From Tubiluchus corallicola (taxonomy: Eukaryota; Animalia; Priapulida), in the NCBI GenBank assembly GCA_030141605.1, contig JAQGDQ010000836.1, positions 1 through 64,000 of the forward strand: a DNA stretch of 64,000 bases, written 5' to 3'. The position numbers and the translations under genes are program-made. Below the pieces are notes generated by a model, which ran no database searches, was not told the DNA's origin, and saw nothing but the letters and a program-made list of their open reading frames with translations. The stretch's first letter is position 1. Every line of letters begins with the position of its first letter. Of the stretch, positions 1 to 13,774 are shown piece after piece.

Positions 1-432
1 GAGTTGTTAGTAATGTGGTCCTCCTAAAGAAGGGTCTCCTTGTTGTGGGTGCCATTGTTGTTCTTGGTGGCTGAGTTGTTAGTAATGTGGTCCTCCTAAA
101 GAAGGGCCGTCTCGTTGTAGGAGCCATTGTAGTTCTTGGCGGCTGAGTTGTTAGTAATGTGGTCCTCCTAAAGAAGGGCTGTCTCGTTGTAGGAGCCATT
201 GTAGTTCTTGGCGGCTGAGTTGTTAGTAATGTGGTCCTCCTAAAGAAGGGCCGTCTCGTTGTAGGAGCCATTGTAGTTCTTGGCGGCTGAGTTGTTAGTA
301 ATGTGGTCCTCCTAAAGGAGGGCCGTCTCGTTGTAGGAGCCATTGTAGTTCTCGGTGGCTGAGTTGTTAGTAATGTGGTCCTCCTAAAGAAGGGCCGTCC
401 CGTTGTAGGAGCCATTGTAGTTCTTGGTGGTA
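1..432. repeat. 72-bp coding tandem repeat, about 6 copies visible (24-aa unit)
   Basis: gagttgttagtaatgtggtcctcc recurs at 1, 73, 145, 217, 289 and 361. Confidence 0.95.
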
Positions 433-640
433 ATGTGGTCCTTCTGAAAAAGCGTTCCCTTGTAGTTGGCGCGATCGTGGTAAGAGCACGTCTCGTCGTA
501 GACGTGAGACGAACTGGCAAAGGTGGCTGAGGTGGCTCATCATCGTCAGTCTGCGTGATGTAACCGCCATGTTTTCTGCTAAATTCTTGCTTGTACAGTA
601 CATTATATTGACTTCCTGGAATTTCTTGCGTGTTAACCAA
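1..640 (-). CDS. Coding exon of a KHxGY-motif, Thr/Pro/Arg-rich repeat protein (gene A; 3' part beyond the window)
   Basis: Acceptor tttttttcag at 641-650. The phase-0 frame is open to base 1: LVNTQEIPGSQYNVLYKQEFSRKHGGYITQTDDDEPPQPPLPVRLTSTTRR... then (PPRTTMAPTTRRPFFRRTTLLTTQ)n. The other two minus frames hit stops in the repeats. Confidence 0.85.
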   Translation of the reverse strand, partial: MVNTQEIPGSQYNVLYKQEFSRKHGGYITQTDDDEPPQPPLPVRLTSTTRRALTTIAPTTRERFFRRTTLPPRTTMAPTTGRPFFRRTTLLTTQPPRTTMAPTTRRPSFRRTTLLTTQPPRTTMAPTTRRPFFRRTTLLTTQPPRTTMAPTTRQPFFRRTTLLTTQPPRTTMAPTTRRPFFRRTTLLTTQPPRTTMAPTTRRPFFRRTTLLTT

Positions 641-726
641 CTGAAAAAAAACAATTGAACGTTTTCAAGTTTCAAGTTTATGTAATTTTATTCGTTCCAC
701 ATGTCAAAGTAATTGCAATATATATA

Positions 727-1220
727 TATTGTATTGTATTGTATTGTATTGTATTGTATTGTATTGTATTGTATTGTATTGTATTGTATTGTATTGTATT
801 GTATTGTATTGTATTGTATTGTATTGTATTGTATTGTATTGTATTGTATTGTATTGTATTGTATTGTATTGTATTGTATTGTATTGTATTGTATTGTATT
901 GTATTGTATTGTATTGTATTGTATTGTATTGTATTGTATTGTATTGTATTGTATTGTATTGTATTGTATTGTATTGTATTGTATTGTATTGTATTGTATT
1001 GTATTGTATTGTATTGTATTGTATTGTATTGTATTGTATTGTATTGTATTGTATTGTATTGTATTGTATTGTATTGTATTGTATTGTATTGTATTGTATT
1101 GTATTGTATTGTATTGTATTGTATTGTATTGTGTTGTGTTGCGTTGCATTGCATTGCACTGCACTGCATTGCATTGCATTGCATTGCATTACGTTACTTT
1201 ACATTACATTACATTACATT
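727..1220. repeat. (TATTG)n pentanucleotide microsatellite with a degenerate (CATTG)/(CATTA) end
   Basis: Direct reading; explains the YCIVL and QYNTI ORFs. Confidence 0.98.
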
Positions 1221-1891
1221 ATATTATACAATAGCATGTGACATTCCAAACAGCAGGCCTGTATATTTACGGTGCAAGTGGCATAGCACAAGTGAAGTAA
1301 CACGTAAAGTTCTTACCTTAGCATTAGCTAGTGTATGGGCTGCTACTATAACAGATGTACTAACATATGTACGAGCAATACACAGATACAATGCAACAAA
1401 GGATGATAATGTACTGGACACATAAAATCGTCACAATGATATTAACTAGCATTGTGAATACAACAGTTTATTAACAGACAGGTTTAGGAATAGATGTTAA
1501 GAAAAAAGGCATTTGTCATATCTATTAAAAGCAAAATAACTATGTGTGACAACCTTGTCTGCAACACAGCTTGGGCGAATCTTTAACTAACGAGCAAATA
1601 TCATACATCAAGGTACGATTAGCTTTGACTAAATTTCGTGGACGAGTTGTGTCTGTAAATGTGCTCGGATGTGAATGACAATCAGATTAAAAACATACGA
1701 ATTATTACAACATTTATGATAAACCTTCGGCTTTTTAATTATTATTTTCGAAAAATTAAAACTGTTCAGTTTGTGCAGACTCGCTTTTCTAGTTTAAGCT
1801 TTCAATTAATTGTTCCAAGCTATAGACTGACCCCAGTCCAGCAATTGGTAACATATTCTGGACATTATATAAACGTAAGAAAATACAGATA

Positions 1892-2860
1892 AGAAAGTAG
1901 AAATTTAAGTTTGGACATTTTGCCTAGTGAACGAGAAACTAGAAATTTAAGCTTGGACATCTTGCCTAGTGAACGAGAAACTAGAAATTTAAGTTTGGAC
2001 ATTTTGCCTAGTCAACGAGAAACTAGAAATTTAAGCTTAGACGTTTTGCCTAGTCAACGAGAAACTAGAAAGTTAAGCTTGGACATTTTGCCTAGTCAAC
2101 GAGAAACTAGAAATTTAAGCTTGGACATCTTGCCTAGTGAACGAGAAACTAGAAATTTGAGCTTGGACATTTTGCCTAGTGAACGAGAAACTAGAAATTT
2201 GAGCTTGGACATTTTGCCTAGTGAACGAGAAACTAGAAATTTTAGCTTGGACATCTTGCCTAGTGAACGAGAAACTAGAAATTTAAGTTTGGACATTTTG
2301 CCTAGTCAACGAGAAACTAGAAATTTAAGCTTAGACGTTTTGCCTAGTCAACGAGAAACTAGAAAGTTAAGCTTGGACATTTTGCCTAGTCAACGAGAAA
2401 CTAGAAATTTAAGCTTAGACGTTTTGCCTAGTCAACGAGAAACTAGAAAGTTAAGCTTGGACATTTTGCCTAGTCAACGAGAAACTAGAAAGTTAAGCTT
2501 GGACATTTTGCCTAGTGAACGAGAAACTAGAAATTTAAGCTTGGACATTTTGCTCAGTGAACGAGAAACTAGAAATTTGAGCTAGGACGTTTTGCCTAGT
2601 GAACGACAAACTAGAAATTTAAGCTTGGACGTTTTGCCTAGTCAACGAGAAACTAGAAAGTTAAGCTTGGACATTTTGCCTAGTGAACGAGAAACTAGAA
2701 ATTTAAGCTTGGACGTTTTGCCTAGTGAACGACAAACTAGAAATTTAAGCTTGGACATTTTGCTCAGTGAACGAGAAACTAGAAATTTAAGCTTGGACAT
2801 TTTGCCTAGTGAACGAGAAACTAGAAATTTAAGCTTGGACGTTTTGCCTAGTGAACGAGA
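1892..2860. repeat. 42-bp minisatellite, about 23 copies
   Basis: Unit gaaactagaaatttaagcttggacattttgcctagtgaacga; produces the LDILPSERETRNLS pseudo-ORFs. Confidence 0.95.
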
Positions 2861-2892
2861 CAATTTAGAAGCACCTGGTTGAATGTACTCAC

Positions 2893-2923
2893 TCCAAGAA
2901 GTTTTGTTCAATCTGGTTGAATC
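2893..2923 (-). other. Candidate 31-nt micro-exon of gene A
   Basis: Minus strand ttttctttcttag|...|gtgagt gives consensus acceptor and donor; no ATG inside. Confidence 0.4.
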
Positions 2924-4262
2924 CTAAGAAAGAAAATGATCTAACTTGATCTACATTAGTAATTGCTCTAGTTTGAAACCATCCATAATTACATCTAGTT
3001 CAGCCATATTACTACTATGTTGGGTGTAAAATATCATGATTTTAGCCTTTTTGACATTTAAGGAATGTAACATTTCCTAAAAGCACAATTAGCGCCATTA
3101 ATTAACTTGCATAACTGGTGAGCCTTGCTCATCTGCCTGTTTGGATGTTTGCTAAATAGTTATAGAAATAGAGGTACAGAGTGATTTTAGCTCGGAAAGT
3201 AAGAATTTTCAACATGTATTGTAAAAAATGTTTGCATATAGCAAAGCTTCATCCACCCTTTAAATTTTAGCATCAAACTGGGGCGTAACTTCGGCAATAG
3301 AAGCAAGAGAACATCACCACTACCGCAACCACCACTGCAGCCACCGACAAAACCGCGATTGCAAAACTCACATTTTCATTTTTATAACAAGTTATATACG
3401 TCATAATTACGTATTACCCATTATGCCATTCGTTTGTGGAATCATAGGCAAAAATTTTACAAAAATTTATTTTATTGTCTACAACGATTCTTAGTATTGA
3501 TGAAAAATTGTAAATGAATCAAATATTAAGATTTTAAACTGAAACTAAAAGATGAGTGTATTTTAAATAGGGCATCCATATAAAAGGGCATCTTTTCTAA
3601 GCACGTGGCTGGGGGGAGATGGCTGGTGCTTCACGTCTCTCCACAACTAAAGGCCTCAGGATACCGTACTTTTTGTTAGCAAGAGAAACACAATGTAATG
3701 TATTACAATTAAGCAAAACCAGCTGACTCGCCCACTCCCAACAATTAACAATTTGATTAACCTTGTTTAACTTCTGTTGTTAGCCACTTTAACAAGAGGC
3801 ATTTGTTCCAAGGTTAAGAAGATCTCAAAGTAACAAAAGACGGTTGCGTGCGCTGAGACGTTTTTGCCCGATCACTTAAGTGAGGTCAAGTATGTTAATT
3901 GTGAATTGTTGAGAAAAATTGTTGTTGTTTACAAACAAGTACGTTTGAAAGCTTTCACTTTCGTACTTCTGCTACAAATTAAATACCATGCAGTGTTACA
4001 TAAGCGGTGGATTTAGTTAAAATTATTTTAGCTGACGTCAACTTTTTTCGTTTTATTTTTGAACGTCAAGGAAAAAATTAATTAGCAATTTTTCATCCTG
4101 CTATAGGCTTTTGTAAAAAAAAAGACCCACATCATCGTAACGCTCGGTTTCTCCTCTTTCCAAAGAGCTTCCCTTTTCTCTACAACACTTCCACGAAATG
4201 GCCATTAGGACGATGTTCTGGTAATGAGGAAAAAACGGCCATTTTGGAGGTTTTCTGATAGC

Positions 4263-4400
4263 GGTTCCTAGACTGACACCGTGCAGGTTCCTAGACTGGC
4301 ACCGTGCAGGTTCCTAGACTGGCACCGTGCAGGTTCCTAGACTGACACCGTGCTGGTTCCTAGACTGACACCGTGCTGGTTTCTAGACTGACACCGTGCT
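4263..4400. repeat. 23-bp minisatellite, 6 copies
   Basis: Unit ggttcctagactgacaccgtgca. Confidence 0.95.
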
Positions 4401-5124
4401 GAAGAAAATGTTACTGGGGTTGGAGGGAAATTAATGGCTCCTTTGAAAGAAAAGCAGCGAACTACACGATAATATTGGTTCTATCAGGATTGTTTCAGTT
4501 GTGTTACGCTGAATGAACAACTTAGTGTAATTACCATATCTATTGTATAAAATTATATAATACGTATACATTATGTTACGATAGTTTGAATTGCTTGAGT
4601 AGAAATACTTACTGCTAAAATTACAGTGCAGATGCTGAGTGCTCCCCACCACTTCATCCTTGTGTCCTATTAAGTAATAAAGAAAGTTGATAATGTTCCA
4701 ACAGGTGGCAGCATGCAATATTGTTGCTATCTAATTATGCGATTATTATTAATTAAAATTATTTCTAGTACAACTTCAATAAAATTGGCAGCAGTAGACA
4801 GCTCTAATCAGCTAAATCTTGAATAAAAGCTCGGGAATTTCGGACAAGAGTTTCAAGTATATACAAGTAAGCAATATGGTACATAGTAATACAAGTAAGT
4901 GGTGCATTGACAGATAATCACATAATTCATATTCGTAACTATTTAAACAATTTTTTTCACTCTAAGGCTCACTCAAAGTCGTAATTACATATCATGTTTT
5001 CCTTTCTCAACTTTCAGGTTTATTGCTCTTACACCATTGCTATTATTACATCATTTACTTCATCCTTATTTACATTAAGTTATCTACAGCAGCATGCATA
5101 ACTATAATCATTTTTTCATTTAAG

Positions 5125-5260
5125 TAAGGTGAGTGTGTTAATGACCGTATGGTCGTACACTCACCTCGCACTACTCAAATTATTTTATTTAAAGTTTATT
5201 AATGTGTATGATATTGCATTTTGATGTGTGAAAATAAATTCATAGTTCATAATTCACAGT
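5125..5260 (+). mobile_element. Probable non-LTR retrotransposon 3' end
   Basis: Hairpin aggtgagtgt...acactcacct, then AATAAA and a short repeated tail (ttcatag/ttcataa). A similar layout occurs on the minus strand at about 56980-57100. Confidence 0.4.
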
Positions 5261-7156
5261 GAAGATAAACATATCAGCCGTGAATGTCGTCGCATGTAAA
5301 CTTACAATAATAACTAGTACACCAGTTGGTTTAAAAGAGTATCAGCTGATAATGCTTTCATTTTCTGTCGTAGATGTCACGACGGTACGTATAATGCATT
5401 ATTACTAGCTCCCCTTACAACACTTTACACCATTTACCGAAAATGTTAATGAATTACGACAGAAAATGATTAATAATTCGTAAAAAATCTGACAAAAAAA
5501 CTACGAAGAGCACGACGTTTCAGTTTACCATTGTGAACTTTCCTCTAGTGAAAGAAGCAAAGAACAAAACCGCACGAAAAATTACTAAAAAACCATTAAC
5601 CATTTTTGTGGGTTTTGAAATCGCAGCAGAGCACAGAATTAAGTACTTAATACACAGCAAAGGAAAAAGCACAAAAAAGTTGTCAATCAATCTTTCATTT
5701 CATTTGAAGATTGTACACAGTGATGGACAGATTTTTTATTAGTTTTTCTGGTTCTTTTCATTAAGAAGCATTTACCAGAAGCCAGAGTACTTTTAAGCCT
5801 CGACAAAGGTTCGCTTTGACCTAAAATAATTTAAGTGAAAAGGAGCACGAATTAAAGCTCACACCACTTTGGTTGTTATCTTGGAATTTCGATCCCAAAA
5901 ATGTGGAATTTCACTCTCAAGGTTTGTTAAAATTAGGTTTCTTATAAATGAAATTCGAATTAATTTCTGAACTGTTTATTATGGCTGTAACAACAATATG
6001 ACTGTAATCTTGTGTACTATTTTTTGTTATAAAATCTACAATGAAAGGATGAAACCAGAAAAGTAGACATGCCATTAATTTTATCACAAATAGAAATAGA
6101 AAGTTTCAGTTTGAAAGCACTGAGCCTAACTCACTGCACTAAATACAACGTTTTAAGGTCATTGACGTTTTTAAATTGATAAAGTTTATCTTTGGAGGCT
6201 GTTCGACAAAAACTTCCTTTTCAGAAGCATCCCAAATTTTCGCATGAATAATTGTAACACGTGTTTGAGCTGAATTCCCTGTTTGATATGAAAATTTATT
6301 TGAGCTGACAATAAAATCACGTATCTCACAATCAGAGGATCACATTTTAACGATCTATCTACAGTAACTACTACATAGTTACACAAATTCTTCAACTACG
6401 CTTCGAACAAAGTCAAATAGTGCAAACTGAAACTACATAAAATTTTAAACATGGTAATTTTCAAAAATGTTTCTATGTATTTATTTAACAGTTATGTTGT
6501 ATAGTACTAAGAAATAATAGTTTTAGAACTTGGAAAGTAACAAAACAAGTCTCCATTAAACTTACAGCTCTTAATAAGTTACATATCTAACGATGTATGT
6601 ATCGTATAGCTTTCGGTAAATTATTTAAATTGGAGGAAGGTGCGCTAAATGAAAAACAGGCACTAACATCAGTTAGTCTTTAACGTAAGAGGCACAATTC
6701 TCACCATTGGTTATTACGTAAATAAGTGATTTGATATGATGCCACCTGGCAGAAACTTGAAGAAAAACTGGAATTAAATTTTATTCAGTTTTATTACACT
6801 TTAGGCAGATTTTACGTATTTGAAAAATTGCTATGGAAATTCATTTTACTTTCACTGAATTTACTTTAAAAGACTCACAAATGATAAACTTTAACCTGAA
6901 TCACCTATAAGAAATTGCGCGAAGCTAATTCGTTAACAAAAAGTGTAAACATTAAAAATTGAAATAATTAAGCTATTATTATTATTATTATTATTATTAT
7001 AACGGATTATTTAAATAGACTGAGTTCATATTGTAATCGCTTATTGTTTTTTCATATTCTTTTACAAGTAATTTTTCAGAATGTTAATCGAAATTTTCTG
7101 GTATTTTTATGTGCAAATTAATGAAAATATTTTTGGTAAAGAGTTAAGAAACTCAC

Positions 7157-7200
7157 CTGTTTGATTTAGTTCATCCACGCAAGCACAACAGACACTGTTT
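7157..7200 (-). other. Probable non-coding first exon of gene A
   Basis: Strong donor cag|gtgagt at 7156, with a TATA box about 30 bp upstream of the presumed start; same layout as gene B. Confidence 0.55.
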
Positions 7201-7221
7201 ACATGTTTGCGGAGAAGATTA

Positions 7222-7266
7222 CTTTTATACGTGGAGGTGTGAATCCATAGAAGGTAACCTTGGTCA
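7222..7266 (-). promoter_or_regulatory. TATA box (GTATAAAAG) and AGGTAA-n3-TGGTCA element of gene A
   Basis: cttttatac at 7222-7230 and aggtaaccttggtca at 7252-7266, in a locally GC-richer patch. Confidence 0.5.
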
Positions 7267-8171
7267 AATGGGATGGCCCAGTTGGCGCGGATGTACGTCC
7301 CAGACGCTCATAAGTAATCTACCCCCACTCGCGAGCCGACGCCCCATCTACCTGCCATATTCATTTAACCGGGTGCAGCAATGAAGTTCATTAGAGAGGT
7401 TGTTTCAAGGTGGGTGCGCCAGCGTTCATGTTTTTTCATCATATCATCAGATTAAGTTGTTAAGGCCAAGTTCGCATTGATGTAATCTTGCAATTTAGCT
7501 GCAAAACACTGCGCCTTTGCCATTCACTAATCGATCACAAAAGCAAAAATGTTAATTCTGTTTTGAAAGGCCGCCCAAAACAGAGAATTTTGACAGCTAT
7601 AAAACAGCTTTGACGCATGTCATTTCGCTAGACATACTGAGCACCGTTATAGGATTGGTAATCAATTAGGCAAATAATTATTGATTTACAGCAACGAAAA
7701 AAATCAAAATTCGTTTTTTAAGAACCAAAAAAAGCGAATTGGGAGCAAAAGAACTAAATTTTGTGACTTATTTATCGTGCTTTTTGATAGTTATAATTCA
7801 TATTAGAATAATTTATTTTTATCCAAAATACAATTATATTTTACCAACTTGTGAGAGAAGTGACAACCAAGCATCATATATGAAGTAACTACGTACATCG
7901 TATGTAATAAAGTAACTATTGATGTAACTTTGTCTCTTGCTTAAGCGATTTATTTGCATCGCTAAAACAGGTTCATATTATTTAATATGTCAGCTGGTTA
8001 ATGTTGTATTATTCTTAGCAATAAACTAATAACTTTAGCGTCTATTGCTGTCGCTTATTTTACAGTTTTTATTTGATGTTTTAGGATTTTGTTGCGTTTT
8101 CTTGTACGGCTATTTTTTCTTATCGTTGCATATTGATGATGAAGTATTTTTATGATAGTCAATAAAAGTAT

Positions 8172-8995
<824 letters not shown>

Positions 8996-10186
8996 TTTTA
9001 ACATGTGACGTTTAAACACAACTGTATGGAACCGAAGTCATGCAAGTGGTCAAGCAGCCGATTAATGCGAAGTAATTAAACATTGTCACGCTCTAGTGAA
9101 ATTCAAGTTGGAAATGAGGCTGCAGTGTTTGAAAAGCCTATGTTTTGTAAACTGCAATCTCAAACAATTTTTACGTGTGAAAAACTTACCTCTTACAGTC
9201 TGAATGATCCCCTATAGTAGTAGGGCACTAAGGCAGTAGTATAGCAGTACCAATGAGGTATCAGTATAAACCAAAGCTGCTTTTTGTCGTGTCACGGAAA
9301 CTATGATATCGCAAAGTTCCCATTGTATATAACAAGATTACTGAGTCAAAATAATTTGAATGTCAGTTTAAAAACTTTCTGTACTCAATGGTACTGCTCT
9401 ATTCTACAATGGTATTTCTGCAACAAGCAGGCAGTAGGCATTACAATTGTTTGTTTCCTCCCGTCTTGTTTTCATTTTATTTTCTAAGGAAACAAATACA
9501 AACAACTGCTACTGACTAGTTACGCAAAAGCATTACGTACATTAAATGCTTAGACATAATTTTCGATTAGATTTTGAAAAACGAAGACGCCCTCTCTAGC
9601 AGTCTCACCTTGCCCTTTTCCGCAGGAGTAGACATTCTAGATGTCCAGAGATTATTTTATTCTGACCTCAAATACCATTTTATTTCAAAAGAAATTTTTC
9701 CATTTTTGCAAGACCTTTTTAACGTGTTATTACAATAAATGCCTCAGGTAATCAAGCGTTGCATTAACGTACATTTAATTTTGAATAAGAACAGAAAAAA
9801 TTCTTGCTAAGTTCTGCCAGTGTAGTTAATTAATTCACATAAAATTATATAGATCAACTAAAGTCATTCCTCAGTTGCATATATAAAAATCAGTATAAAA
9901 TATGGAACAGATAGCATAATGGTGTTGATGTTGATGGAAATGACGGCGGCGGCTGCGACGATGACGGCAGCGGGTAGTAGCAAAAAATAAACTAAGGCGT
10001 CTGGACTAGTTAGACAAACAGCCAACGAAGGTATTAAACTAGTGGTTTTTCCTGTTGAATACGAACTTCAACGTTACTCATTAACCTACTAATCAGCATC
10101 TTCTTGCAATTTTGCATGTTAATGTTCGTAGCCTGACAAAGGTCTCAGTACTTACTATCTTTAAGAAAATTACTGGAAATGAAGTA

Positions 10187-10523
10187 CCATATTTATTCGA
10201 GTATAACGCGCAAAAGTTTCTACCTAAAAAAGAACTCAAAGTTTGGGTGCGCGTTATAAACGAGGGCTGGGGTGAGGCGTAGCTAAGGAAATAATCAATA
10301 ATATTTGCGTCATCAGCAGACTTTGTCAGACGGTGCCTGGCCCACGGAAATCGAGCAGCTAGCCGAGAATTCACTGTACCAGAGACGAATGTTAGAGACT
10401 GGAGTTGTTCAACAACGTTTGTCACTTACAATGCTTGGTCTGAGCCGAGAAAAAGTGAAACAAAATTTTATACCGATTTTTAATCGAAAATTAGGGGTGC
10501 GCGTTATACTCGAATAAATACGG
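10187..10523 (+). mobile_element. Internally deleted pogo/Tc2-type (Tc1/mariner superfamily) DNA transposon
   Basis: About 26-bp TIRs (ccatatttattcgagtataacgcgca / tgcgcgttatactcgaataaatacgg) with TA on both sides. The interior encodes HGNRAASREFTVPETNVRDW, like a Brinker-type HTH of pogo transposases. Confidence 0.8.
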
Positions 10524-11033
10524 TATTTGTGTAAAACTGAATGAGGGATTTCCCGGAAACTTGGTTAAAAACATGCCGCATAAACAATGGTGTTTGCTTC
10601 TCATATGACATAGACAACAATTGATTTTCCTTCAAATGCAGTATACGCACGCGCAGCTTATACAGTGTCAAAATGTTATTGCTACAAAATTCAAGTTAAT
10701 GTTAAATATAATTGCTGGAGCTTTTACCAAAAATGTGTGTAGTACTAGTATTAGCAAAGTAACATGCCACGACCAAGTAAATGACTAAATGACAATGACG
10801 TCATTTTCATCAACTACAAATACATGTGTAGCAATAAAATTCTACTATGTGCAATTGCACACCTGGGATCGAGCTGTAAAGCGGCTCATGTCCGCTGGAT
10901 TGGTAACAACACAGAGTTTTCATAAATGCTCAACTTTTCCTGAGAACGTTTCGTGAGATATTTTGTTTAACAGAAAACAGAATAACGTACGCTAGGCGAG
11001 CGGATGCATCATGTGTAAATGCGCAAGAAAAAA

Positions 11034-11690
11034 CTGAAGTAGATGTTGAAAAAGAAACTACAGGATGAGCTGCATCAAAGTAGATGTTGAAAAAGAACCT
11101 GCAGGATGAGTTGCATCAGAGTAGCCGTTGAAAAAGAACCTGCAGGATGAGCCTGCATCAAAGTAGCTGTTGAAAAAGAACCTGCATCAAAGTAGCTGTT
11201 GAAAAACAACCTGCACGATGAGCTGCATCAGAGTAGCCGTTGAAAAAGAACCTGCAGGATGAGCCTGCATCAAAGTAGCCGTTGAAAAAGAACCTGCAGG
11301 ATGAGCCTGCATCAAAGTAGCTGTTGAAAAAGAACCTGCAGGATGAGCTGCATCAAAGTAGCTGTTGAAAAAGAACCTGCAGAACGAGCCTGCGTCAAAG
11401 TAGCCGTTGAAAAAGAACCTGCAGGATGAGCTGCATCAGAGTAGTCGTTGAAAAAGAACCTGCAGGATGAGCCTGCATCAAAGTAGCCGTTGAAAAAGAA
11501 CCTGCAGGATGAGCCTGCATGAAAGTAGCCGTTGAAAAAGAACCTACAGGATGAATCTGCATCAAAGTAGATGTTGAAAAAGAACCTACAGGATGAATCT
11601 GCATCAAAGTAGCTGTTGAAAAAGAACCTACAAGATGAATCTGCATCAAAGTAGCTGTTGAAAAAGAACCTACAGGATGAGCTGCATCAA
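11034..11690. repeat. 41-42-bp minisatellite, about 16 copies
   Basis: Unit gaaaaagaacctgcaggatgagcctgcatcaaagtagccgtt. Confidence 0.95.
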
Positions 11691-12719
11691 ATAGATTCTA
11701 GATACGAGTACAGACAGAACAAACCATAATTTACATTCCAAATCTAGATGGAAACGCACCACAAAAGTCAAACCTAAACAGGTGAGAGAAACGGAACGAA
11801 CTGACACCAATCGACGCAATAAGAGTGACAGATCGTTCATCCAAGAATTAGGATAAAGGTTCCCAAGGAAGGAATTCTCTACATTGCTATCATCGGAAAC
11901 AAAACTTTTTAACTTAACCAGTGTCTGTGATGATTTACTTTCTTTCACTTTTTATGTTTAAATAAAAAATATTTTTGTTATAGGCAAAATACAGGGTAAT
12001 ATTTATTCCTTAATAGGCAGTTAAGTTTCATCAACCTAGCAGTTATGTTTTAGGCACGCCATTTTGTACTAGTATTACGCCTCAAACGTAACACTAGACG
12101 AGTGGATTTATACTCATGATCTTGTTAATTCTACAATGTACAGGTGAAAAAGTCTGCACACATGAGTGCGCATTTACTTCGCAACTATGTATCAAGGACC
12201 TGACAAACTTCAAGAAAGTAATTTGAGATCATTGCACAAGGACAAGAACACTTTGAAGTTCATTTTTGTTCTTAACTTTTCTAAGTATCGATTATTTTCT
12301 TTAATAAACTTGCGGTTTGTTTGACCTGTAGGGTCATGCATAGCTTGCTGGTTGAGTTATAATTACTCTTAAAAAAGATCTAATCGCCGCAAGTTTAGTT
12401 TTCATATGTGATTACTTAAGAAAGAGTGATAGTCCGAATAGAGAAACCGGTAGACTCTGTAGAATTAATTATCAAACTTGGTAGTTTGTCGTCAGCATTG
12501 TTCAATATTCTGTGTGTTTTACAGTAAAACCTGCAGTTTACAACCCGTATGTTCTAGTTTCTAATAATAATAATTATTATTGTGAGTTTATTTCGTATAA
12601 AAATATAGCTTGCAAAGATAAAGATGTTAGTAAAACAGGTAATGAGATGTTAGTAAAGTAACATATCTGCAGACATTCAACTTTATAATAACCACTGAAT
12701 GTAGTTCCATTGTAGTTAC

Positions 12720-13460
12720 ATTGCATTACACAGTGTTGTGCTATAATAGATATCTTAAAACATAATCTTTAAATGTGTTCTTAACCTTTAATTTTACATT
12801 TTCGTTTAGATCTACAGTACAGCCATATTTAAATCTTAAATTTACTCGACTGTTATTTACATAGTAGCATAGCTTTGGAATTCTGAATGTGCAAGTTTGC
12901 AATTTTTCTCACAAAGTTTAATTTTCGACTATCTATTAAATAATTCGCAGGCATTGTGCCACAAAAATACATTAACAATTTGACGCTTTCATTTTGTCTA
13001 AAACCGAATATTTTCTATAAGCAGTGTTCCATTTTGCCCTAACGGCATTAACTTCATTGTTTGATATACCCCCAATTTTACCCGTTAGTTTACTATACCA
13101 ATTCATTAATACGTTAACAAATATCTCGGGAACCCGTTTTTCTAGCAGTTTTATAAACAACCCTCCGTGCAGTACTCTATCAAAAGCTTTGGAGGCATCT
13201 AGAAATGCGACATATACAGGATTGAAAAATTTACAGTTTCTTTTATGGTATATATGGCATGAATGCAACTTGATTCGACTTTAAAACCGAATTGTAATTC
13301 GTCACTTTCTAAGCAATCACCGAATTTTGCCAGTAAAACAGATTCAAATAATTTTGAGATAGTGGGAGATAGAGTAACTGCACGATACTTATTGAAATCT
13401 GTTAGGTCGCCATTGTTATCTTTAACAACGGGTATAATTATTCTTTTCCCAAAATCATTT
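12720..13460 (-). pseudogene. Degenerate non-LTR retrotransposon RT fragment (CR1/L2-like), copy 1
   Basis: VYVAFLDASKAFDRVLHGGLFIKL RT motif; frameshifted and internally deleted. Confidence 0.8.
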
Positions 13461-13706
13461 GGACACGATTACAGTTATAAAATTATACTAAATGTAAATA
13501 GACCTACATACTTGGTACTAAGGTTGAGTTAGCGCCATCTCTCATAAAGGTAGCCAGTCTATTATTATTATTATTATTACTCTTTATTTATAAAAACTAT
13601 GTGCAGAATACATTCCCTCTATTTGTAGGGATATGTTTAAAATTTCTAGAAGCATTTACAACGTATTAAACTTATTCACACACGCACGCACGCACGCACG
13701 CACGCA

Positions 13707-13774
<68 letters not shown>

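Noticed and set aside
367-675. 102-aa ORF from the track
   Set aside because: Wrong frame of the gene A exon; it stops in the first repeat while the neighbouring frame stays open and carries the family motif.
655-1241. Several overlapping ORFs (YCIVL, QYNTI)
   Set aside because: Translations of the (TATTG)n microsatellite.
1911-2911. LDILPSERETRNLS repeat ORFs
   Set aside because: Intronic 42-bp minisatellite with an in-frame stop and no ATG or splice context.
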